Source: Terriglobia bacterium
GTDB taxonomy: Bacteria; Acidobacteriota; Polarisedimenticolia; Polarisedimenticolales; JAIQFR01
Length of the DNA stretch: 64,000 nt
Assembly (NCBI GenBank): GCA_963748015.1
Contig: CAVVHE010000008.1
Coordinates: 768,001 to 832,000, forward strand
Reading direction: 5' to 3'
Shown piece after piece: positions 56,912 through 64,000 of the stretch (the first letter of the stretch is position 1; the number at the start of each line of letters is the position of its first letter). The position numbers and the translations under genes are program-made. A model generated the notes under the pieces. It saw nothing but the letters and a program-made list of their open reading frames with translations, was not told the origin of the DNA and ran no database searches.

Positions 56912-59890
56912 ATGAGGAGCTTGGGAACGAAGGGGATCAAGTTGGCGACGGCGCTCGCGGTCGCGGCAACGCTACTCGGGTCCGCGCGGGCCGACGACGG
57001 GAAGCTCACGGTAAAGATCCGCTCGGCGGTCGCCAACCAGAAAGGGGCCGACGACTTCTTCGGGCCCCAGCAGGACTTCTACGCGATCAACAGCATCGAT
57101 GGCGCCCCGCCGCTGTTCGCCCCCGAGATCGGGGACCGGGACGACGCCAGCTGGAACCCCGTGCCGCCCAACTTCAAGATCGTCCCGGGGAAGAACCAGC
57201 GGTTCTTCGACCTCTACTTCGAGCTTTGGGACAAGGACACCTGCTGCTTCGGCAACGTGGACGACGGCTTCGACATCAGCCCGCAGAACGGCCCGGGAGG
57301 ACCGCTTGCTCCGGGGGGTGTCTACGTGCCGAACATCCCCACCGGCTCGAACCCGCACGTCCAGTACGACGTTTGCACCGGCGAGATGCAGGTGAAGGGA
57401 GTGAACGGCTCGCCGTGGCTGCCGGTCGGCTCGAACTCCGTCGAGCTGAAAGGGTACGGCACGACACCGGGCGTCCCGGCCAACTGGGCCGCGCTTCGCT
57501 TCGACGTCGTGCGCGAGCCGTCCAACTGGCTCCCCGACGACGTCGCCGTCGAGAGCGTCGAGATCGTCCAGTCGGTCTACCACGCGTCGAAGGCGGTGGC
57601 CGACAAGCCCACCTCGCTGATCGTGAGGATCTCGAGCACCTACCCGTTCGACATCGTGGCCCCCGTGGAAGGGCACATGACCGACGGGATCACGACGGTG
57701 AACGACGCGCGCGTGGTCGCCATCCAGGGCGGGACCCCGGCGCAGCCCGGGGAGACGCTGGTCGCCCTGTTCGACGGCTCCACCGCGCCGCCGTTCCTGC
57801 CGCTGAAGTCCTTCCTCACCGGGAGCGGCAAGGTCAGCGGCTGGGCGGAGGTCGTCTACGCCGAGACGGTTTCCCCGAACGCGCCGCTCCAGCTCCAGGA
57901 CTGCGCCAACCTCGACAACACGGGGAACGCCACCGACCTGCCGCTCATGCACACGAGCGACCTCGTCACGCTGTACGAGCGCTTCGACTACCAGGAGGAC
58001 GACAACCTCATCACCCCCGCGGCTCTGCAGGCGTTCTACAACCGCGAGGAGAGCTTCCGCCTGGCCTCCTGGCCGCTCGCCACCCTCGACAGCCAGCCCG
58101 GCTTCGCGGGGTACATACGCGATCACGGATCGAATCTCCTCTGTCCGTTCGAGCCGGTCTGCACTCTGCTCCACTACAACGGCGTGGCCTCCACGATGAA
58201 CGTCGACCGACTCGTGCTCACCGTGCGCAAGAACTGGTTCGCGGACAACGCGTTCCGCCACCAGTTCGTCCCGAACGGACTGATCGGACTCTCTCTCGGC
58301 ACGTTCGCGCCACGGGCGGTGCTCGCGGAGAACGAGTATTTCGGCGACGCGGTGCACGAGCTGGGGCACACCTACGCCCTCAGCCAGCACTCGTGCAGCA
58401 ACTCCAGCCCGCCGTTCGGCCCGGGCTGCCTCGACGAGTACAGCCACCCCGCGGCGGACGGAGCGCCCTACACGGCGGAGGGGTTCGACGTCGCGGGAAC
58501 CGTCTACCCCACGGGGATTCACCTTCCGACCTACCGGAGCCTGCCCCTCGCCTGCCCCGCGACACCGCCGGTCTCGCGCGACGTCTGCGCGGCCAACCTC
58601 ATGGACGCGAACTCCGGTTCGGGGTACCGGCAGTGGCTCGACACGTACACGTTTCAGTACCTGATGGAGAACCCCATTCCCCACTCCGACCCGCCGGTGG
58701 TCAACGTGACCGGCTACGTCCTGCTCCCGAACGGGCAGGGGGACGGCACGGTCCCGCCGGTCGTCACCGGGGCGCTCCCGTTCTTCCCGTTCCAGTTCAT
58801 GGGGATCGAGGACTTCCCCGCGCAGCCCCCGTCGCCGAACGGAGAGACGTTCGCCGGCCTCGGGCCGTTCCGCGTCCGCCTCGTGACACCCGCGGGGGTG
58901 AGCGACTACCGGTTCGAGCCGCGCATGTTCGACGATCCGGCCAGCCCCGGCCTGCTCGGCGGCTTCTCGATCAACGTGCCGTGGGACCCGGCGACGACCG
59001 CGATCCAGCTCATCGGGCCGAGCAACCCGCTCGACGTGACGTGCTGGAACTCCTATTGCGCGGGGGACGGCGTCGTGCTCGCTGAGAGAACGGTGAGCCT
59101 GTCACCGCCGTCGGCCGGCGACCTGCGCGCCGGGCGCGACGCCGCGGCGCCGCCCACGCCCCCCGGGGGCGTTCCCGCGACGCCGACGATCGGCCCCGGC
59201 CACTCCGCGGTCGTGAGCTGGAACGCGTCGGACGCCGATTCGCCGGAGCTGCACTCGACGCTGATCCTGGTGAAGCAGGGGAGCCCGGCGGGGAGCGCCT
59301 CGACGCCGGTCCCCGTGGCGTTCGACATCACCGGTGGCACGCTCCAGATCCCGCAGGCGCAGCTCGCCGACGACCCCGGGGTCTACACCGGGAGGATCCT
59401 GGTCTCGGACGGCGCGAACACCGCGGAGATGACGAACGGCGCCCTGTTCAACATTTGCAACTACAGCAACGGCGGGATCGACCTCTGCGGTAACGGGATC
59501 GACGACGACTGCGACGGCATCCCGGACAACCCGCTCCCGCCAGGCCCTGCCAGCGTCGAATTGAATCCGCAGCCCTTCCCCCCCGGTCCCACCGGTTTCA
59601 CGTGGCCTGCCGACCCGAACGCGCAGTCCTACGACGTCGCCTACGGCGACCTCGGGCTGGTGCGGAGCAGCGGCGGCAACTTCTCCGGCGCGACGCAGGG
59701 GTGTCTCGCCGACGACTCGACCGGCACGTCCGTCGCGGTATCGCCGGTGCCGTCGCCCGGGCAGGTCCTCTTCTTCGCGGCCCGCGGCAACAATTGCGCC
59801 GGCCCTGGAACCTACGACTCGGGCGACCCGCGGCAAGCGGGCTCGCGCGACGCGGGGATCAACGCCTCGACGGCGTCCTGCAGGCAGTAG
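56912..59890 (+). CDS. Large secreted protein with a zinc-metallopeptidase-like motif and a conserved C-terminal domain
   Basis: Signal peptide; HELGHTYALSQH followed by NLMD; CGNGIDDDCDG; RBS GGAGG. Confidence 0.85.
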   Translation: MRSLGTKGIKLATALAVAATLLGSARADDGKLTVKIRSAVANQKGADDFFGPQQDFYAINSIDGAPPLFAPEIGDRDDASWNPVPPNFKIVPGKNQRFFDLYFELWDKDTCCFGNVDDGFDISPQNGPGGPLAPGGVYVPNIPTGSNPHVQYDVCTGEMQVKGVNGSPWLPVGSNSVELKGYGTTPGVPANWAALRFDVVREPSNWLPDDVAVESVEIVQSVYHASKAVADKPTSLIVRISSTYPFDIVAPVEGHMTDGITTVNDARVVAIQGGTPAQPGETLVALFDGSTAPPFLPLKSFLTGSGKVSGWAEVVYAETVSPNAPLQLQDCANLDNTGNATDLPLMHTSDLVTLYERFDYQEDDNLITPAALQAFYNREESFRLASWPLATLDSQPGFAGYIRDHGSNLLCPFEPVCTLLHYNGVASTMNVDRLVLTVRKNWFADNAFRHQFVPNGLIGLSLGTFAPRAVLAENEYFGDAVHELGHTYALSQHSCSNSSPPFGPGCLDEYSHPAADGAPYTAEGFDVAGTVYPTGIHLPTYRSLPLACPATPPVSRDVCAANLMDANSGSGYRQWLDTYTFQYLMENPIPHSDPPVVNVTGYVLLPNGQGDGTVPPVVTGALPFFPFQFMGIEDFPAQPPSPNGETFAGLGPFRVRLVTPAGVSDYRFEPRMFDDPASPGLLGGFSINVPWDPATTAIQLIGPSNPLDVTCWNSYCAGDGVVLAERTVSLSPPSAGDLRAGRDAAAPPTPPGGVPATPTIGPGHSAVVSWNASDADSPELHSTLILVKQGSPAGSASTPVPVAFDITGGTLQIPQAQLADDPGVYTGRILVSDGANTAEMTNGALFNICNYSNGGIDLCGNGIDDDCDGIPDNPLPPGPASVELNPQPFPPGPTGFTWPADPNAQSYDVAYGDLGLVRSSGGNFSGATQGCLADDSTGTSVAVSPVPSPGQVLFFAARGNNCAGPGTYDSGDPRQAGSRDAGINASTASCRQ

Positions 59891-59893
59891 GGC

Positions 59894-60016
59894 GGGGACA
59901 GGGACCGCAACCGTAGGGTGGCGACGACGGGGTGGGGACAGGTACGGGAAAGCGCTGCGATTCCGCGAGGGCTCGAGAGCGGGACTGAAACGGCGCAGCT
60001 TCCGGTACCTGTCCCC
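59894..60016. repeat. REP-like GGGGACAGGTAC repeats
   Basis: GGGGACAGGGAC (59894), GGGGACAGGTAC (59934) and inverted GTACCTGTCCCC (60005). Confidence 0.7.
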
Positions 60017-60057
60017 GAACGAGGTTGCTGTCCCTCGTTGCCTCTATAATGCCCCCC

Positions 60058-60681
60058 ATGAACGCACTCGACATCGCTCTGGTCGCGATCGCCGGCGTCC
60101 TGGTGCTGATCGGGCTGGTGAAGGGGTTCATCCGCCTCCTGGTCATGGCCGCGGCGCTGATCGTCGCGTTTCTCGTGGCGAGCCACTTCCACGTGGGGCT
60201 CGCGCAGCGCATGACGATCCTGAAGCTCTCGAACGAGGTGCTGCACCTCATCGCGTTCGGGCTGATCTTTCTCGGGATCATGCTGATCGGCGGCCTCATC
60301 GGCTGGCTCCTGCGCAACCTGGCCAAGGCGGCGATGCTCGGCTGGGCGGACCGGCTGGCGGGGGCCGCGGCGGGGTTCGTCGCGGCGGCGCTGGCGGGAG
60401 CGCTCATCGTTCTCCCGCTCGCGGCCTACGTCCCGCGCGGCGCCGCGCTCCTCGAGACCTCGAAGCTCGCCCCGTACTGCGCCACGGTCGCCGATCTCGT
60501 CAACGTGGCGACCCCCGCCGACCTCGCGGCGCGCTACAAGAAGGGCATCGAGAAGGTCCGCAAGCTCTGGCGGGGGGAGGCCGACCCCGACCTCGCGACG
60601 CCGGCCAAGGGGGAGAAGGCTCCAGCGAAGGACGCGGCGAAGCCGGCCGCTCCCGCGCCCAAGCCCTCGGGGAAGCATTGA
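60058..60681 (+). CDS. cvpA: CvpA family membrane protein
   Basis: MNALDI, GLVKGFIR, LGWADRLAGA. Confidence 0.9.
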   Translation: MNALDIALVAIAGVLVLIGLVKGFIRLLVMAAALIVAFLVASHFHVGLAQRMTILKLSNEVLHLIAFGLIFLGIMLIGGLIGWLLRNLAKAAMLGWADRLAGAAAGFVAAALAGALIVLPLAAYVPRGAALLETSKLAPYCATVADLVNVATPADLAARYKKGIEKVRKLWRGEADPDLATPAKGEKAPAKDAAKPAAPAPKPSGKH

Positions 60682-62225
60682 ATCCGGCATCCTCCGCGCC
60701 CCGGGTGCGGATCACCCGGAGGTTCGACGCCCCGTTCTCGACCATCCTGACGGCTGCGCGCACCTGCTACTCGTCGAAGGGGATCGTCCGGGACGAGGAC
60801 CTGAAGCCGGAAGGGGAGGCGCTCGCGCGGGAGCTCTACGCGGCCGGCCACCACACCACGATCGAGCACGCGTATTTCCAGTTCTCCCTCGAGAACGTGT
60901 CGCGGCAGTTCCTGTGGTCGTTCCTCCACGCGCACCCGTTCTACAACTCGGAGCAGGTCTCTCAGCGGTACGTCAAGGTCAAGCCCGACGCCTGCTTCGT
61001 CCCGCCGCTCCGCGGGGAGGCGCTCGACGTCTACCGCGAGGGGCTGGAAGAGCAGTTCGCGTTCTACCGGGAGCTGATGGAGCGGCTCCACCCGCTCGCG
61101 GCCGACGCCTACGACGCGCGCTTCCCGGCGAGGAAGAGCCGACGGGACCGGTACGGGAAGGAGATCGACAAGAAGGCGCAGGAGATCGCCCGCTACGTCC
61201 TGCCGGTGGCGACCTTCGCGTACCTCTACCACACGGTGTCGGCCCTCACGATCCTCCGCTATTGGCGCATGTGCGGGCAGCCGGGGGTCGAGCACGAGCA
61301 GCGGCTCGTCGTCGGGATGATGGTCGAGGCGCTGCTCGAGGCCGACCCGCGGTACCGGACACTGGTCGAGGAGCCGATCCCGGCGGAGGAAACGCCCGAG
61401 GCGAAGTTCTTCGCCGAGAGGCCGACCCTTCGCGCCAGCGGCGTACGAAGGGAGTTCGTCGCCGAGTTCGACCGCTCGCTCGAAGGGCGCGTCTCGAAGC
61501 TGGTGGACTGGAAGGCGAGAGGGGAGGAGGAGCTGGCGACCGCCGTGCGCGAGGTGCTGGGCTTGCCGACTTCGGCCCTCTCGGACGACGAGGCGATCGA
61601 GCTGGCGGTCGCGCCGTCGCGCAACACGGTCCTCGGCGAGTCGCTCAACGTCACGACGCTCGACCGCCTCACCCGCGCGATGCACCATCCCGGCTACACC
61701 TTCCGCCGGAAGATCTCGCACACCGCGGACTCCCAGGACCAGCGCCACCGCACGACCCCGGCCAGCCGTCCGATCCTCGCCGCCCACGCGACCGGCGAGC
61801 CCGACTTCGTCACGCCGGAGCTGGTGCGGCAGGACCCCGCCGTCGAGGCGCGCTATCGCGAGATGATGGAGCGGACCTGGGAGCGCATCGGGCGGCTCGC
61901 GCGCCTCGGCGTGCCGGACGAGTTCGCGCTGTACCTCCTCCCCAACTCGGTCGCGGTCCGCTACACCGAGTCCACCGACTTCCTCGCCCTGCGCCACAAG
62001 CTGGTGATGCGTCTCTGCTACCTGGCGCAGGAGGAGATCTGGCGCGCCTCGGTGGACGAGGCCCAGCAGGTCCGCGAGATCCACCCGCGCCTCGGCCGCC
62101 ACCTCCTCCCGCCCTGCGGGGTGCGAAAGGAGGCCGGCACGACCCCCTGGTGCCCCGAGGGCGCCCGTTTCTGCGGCGAGCCGGTCTGGGACTACGATCT
62201 GGAGGCGTACCGGCGGGTGATCTGA
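60678..62225 (+). CDS. thyX: Tandem-domain FAD-dependent thymidylate synthase
   Basis: AARTCYS, GHHTTIEH, VSR, SQRYV, ARYVLP; second domain QRHR, YLLPN, RLC..AQEEI. Confidence 0.85.
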   Translation: MNPASSAPRVRITRRFDAPFSTILTAARTCYSSKGIVRDEDLKPEGEALARELYAAGHHTTIEHAYFQFSLENVSRQFLWSFLHAHPFYNSEQVSQRYVKVKPDACFVPPLRGEALDVYREGLEEQFAFYRELMERLHPLAADAYDARFPARKSRRDRYGKEIDKKAQEIARYVLPVATFAYLYHTVSALTILRYWRMCGQPGVEHEQRLVVGMMVEALLEADPRYRTLVEEPIPAEETPEAKFFAERPTLRASGVRREFVAEFDRSLEGRVSKLVDWKARGEEELATAVREVLGLPTSALSDDEAIELAVAPSRNTVLGESLNVTTLDRLTRAMHHPGYTFRRKISHTADSQDQRHRTTPASRPILAAHATGEPDFVTPELVRQDPAVEARYREMMERTWERIGRLARLGVPDEFALYLLPNSVAVRYTESTDFLALRHKLVMRLCYLAQEEIWRASVDEAQQVREIHPRLGRHLLPPCGVRKEAGTTPWCPEGARFCGEPVWDYDLEAYRRVI

Positions 62226-62249
62226 CGCCGCTCCTCTCGTACAAAGACC

Positions 62250-62288
62250 TTGACGGAAACCGGACTTCTCCTATAAGAGTAGTGGGGA
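62250..62288 (+). promoter_or_regulatory. Putative promoter with an overlapping imperfect palindrome
   Basis: TTGACG at 62250, AT-rich TATAAG at 62272, palindrome TCTCCTATAAGAGTAGTGGGGA. Confidence 0.4.
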
Positions 62289-62372
62289 TTACGGGGAGCC
62301 GGGAACGAGCCTCGACTCGCAGTCCGCCGGCGGGATCGGTGTAACCTTCACCGGAACGAGGAGGGGGCGGCG

Positions 62373-63422
62373 ATGAAAAGTCCTGGGGCCTATTCGACCC
62401 GGCTGGTGCGTTTGGCCGCCCTCGCGGCGGGGCTGCTCCTCGCGTGGTCCTGCGCGGCGCCGCCGCCCGAGGGAAAGGTCACGATCCGCGCCGGCCACTT
62501 CCCGAACATCACCCACGCGCAGGGCGTCCTCGGGCAGGCCACGGGCCGCTTCCAGAAGGCCCTCGGAGAGCGGGCCGACGTGGAGTGGCGGCTCTTCAAC
62601 GCCGGGCCGTCCGCGATCGAGGCGATGTTCGCGGGAGAGCTCGACCTCACCTACATCGGTCCGAACCCCGCGATCAACGGCTACGTGAAGTCGAACGGGA
62701 CCGCGCTGCGGATCGTCTGCGGCGCGTGCTCGGGCGGGGCCGCGCTCGTCATCCGCTCGGACGTCCCGATCGCGCAGCCGGGGGACTTCAACGGTCGGAG
62801 CCTCGCGACGCCTCAGCTCGGGAACACGCAGGACGTCGCGGCGCGCGCCTGGCTCCTCAAGAACGGGATGGACTGGCTCGAGCGCGGCGGCAAGGTGCGC
62901 GTCCAGCCGCTCGCGAATCCCGACCAGCTCACGCTGTTCCAGAAGAAGGAGATGGACGCGGCCTGGACGGTCGAGCCCTGGGTCTCGCGTCTCGTGCAGG
63001 AGGGGGGCGGGAAGATCTTCCTCGAGGAAGGCGAGCTCTGGCCGGAGCGCCGCTACGTGACGACGCACCTGATCGTCTCGAAGAAGTTCCTCGACGAGCA
63101 CCCGGACCTGTTGAAGGCCTGGATCGAGGAGCACATCCGCATCACCGACTGGATCAACGCGAACCGCCCCGAGGCGATGAAGGCCCTCAACGCGGAGCTC
63201 AAGCGCGAGACCGGCAAGGCGCTCCCGGAATCCGTCCTCGCGCCGGCGTTCTCGCGCCTCGAGCTGACCGACGACCCCGTGAGCGGATCGCTCATGAAGT
63301 CCGCAGAGGACGCGTTCGCGCTCGGGTTCCTCGGCAAGGAGAAGCCGCACCTCTCCGGGATCTACGACCTCACGATCCTCAACGACGTGCGCAAGGCGCT
63401 CGGCCGGCCGCCGGTCCGCTGA
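62373..63422 (+). CDS. SsuA/NitT/TauT-type ABC transporter substrate-binding lipoprotein
   Basis: Lipobox LAWSC, FPNITHAQ, FNAGPSAIEA, YIGPNPA, TPQLGNTQD, VEPW. Confidence 0.92.
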   Translation: MKSPGAYSTRLVRLAALAAGLLLAWSCAAPPPEGKVTIRAGHFPNITHAQGVLGQATGRFQKALGERADVEWRLFNAGPSAIEAMFAGELDLTYIGPNPAINGYVKSNGTALRIVCGACSGGAALVIRSDVPIAQPGDFNGRSLATPQLGNTQDVAARAWLLKNGMDWLERGGKVRVQPLANPDQLTLFQKKEMDAAWTVEPWVSRLVQEGGGKIFLEEGELWPERRYVTTHLIVSKKFLDEHPDLLKAWIEEHIRITDWINANRPEAMKALNAELKRETGKALPESVLAPAFSRLELTDDPVSGSLMKSAEDAFALGFLGKEKPHLSGIYDLTILNDVRKALGRPPVR

Positions 63423-63432
63423 GAACCGCCTC

Positions 63433-64000
63433 GTGGCCGATCCGTCCCCCGCCGCCGCCCCGAAACTCACCATCCGTGGGGTCGAGAAGACCTTCATCAG
63501 CCGGCTCGGCTCGGTGAGCGCCCTGGGCCCGATCGACACCGACATCCGCGAGGGGGAGTTCGTCTGCGTCGTCGGCCCGAGCGGGTGCGGAAAGACCACG
63601 CTCCTGAACATCGTCGCCGGCCTCGAGGACCCCGAGGCGGGGGAGGTGGTGTTCGAGGGGAAGCCGATCCGCGGGCCGGGCCCCGACCGGATCGTGCTGT
63701 TCCAGGACCTCGGCCTCTTTCCCTGGATGACCGTGCTCGGCAACGTCGAGTTCGGGCTGCGCCTCCGCGGCGCGGGACGCGTGGAGCGGAGGCGAACCGC
63801 GCTCCATTTTCTCCGGATGGTCCACCTGACCGGCTTCCAGGGGTCCTACCTCCACGAGCTGTCGGGCGGGATGAAGCAGCGGGTGGCGCTGGCCCGCGCC
63901 CTCGCGATGGACCCGGTCATGCTCCTGATGGACGAGCCGTTCGCGGCGCTCGACGCGCAGACGCGAGACATGCTCCACCAGGAGCTGCAGGAGATCTGGA
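63433..64000 (+). CDS. SsuB/TauB-type ABC transporter ATPase (3' truncated)
   Basis: GPSGCGKTT, LFPWMTV, LSGGMKQR, LLMDEPFAALD. Confidence 0.93.
   Translation, partial: MADPSPAAAPKLTIRGVEKTFISRLGSVSALGPIDTDIREGEFVCVVGPSGCGKTTLLNIVAGLEDPEAGEVVFEGKPIRGPGPDRIVLFQDLGLFPWMTVLGNVEFGLRLRGAGRVERRRTALHFLRMVHLTGFQGSYLHELSGGMKQRVALARALAMDPVMLLMDEPFAALDAQTRDMLHQELQEIW

Overview
GC-rich bacterial chromosomal window. The gene repertoire (membrane Ser/Thr kinases, an ECF-kinase pair, Asp/Cys-rich secreted proteins, an outer-membrane porin and TolC) suggests a diderm, possibly Acidobacteriota; this is inference only. It is mostly housekeeping genes: panD, tldD/pmbA, coaE, folD, uvrA, pstSCA, an RND efflux system, glgC, a eukaryote-type citrate synthase, dinB, purF, DUF1015-serA-serC, cvpA, a tandem thyX and a sulfonate-type ABC transporter. 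These are interspersed with three very large secreted repeat proteins and an octaheme HAO-family cytochrome. Highlights: (1) a complete IS110/IS1111-type element whose 3' non-coding end folds into a bridge-RNA-like structure, with guide segments matching its own insertion site at the tip of a MITE-like repeat; (2) a C-terminal domain shared by two otherwise different secreted proteins, a candidate lineage-specific sorting or anchoring module; (3) a degenerate duplicate of the uvrA 3' end flanking a one-gene islet; (4) a pan-motif-like hairpin before panD; (5) an archaemetzincin-like protein lacking its catalytic zinc ligands. Single-base indels in uvrA and in one secreted-protein gene may be sequencing errors. 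No CRISPR array, tRNA or rRNA was seen. All calls are by-eye motif recognition with no database search.
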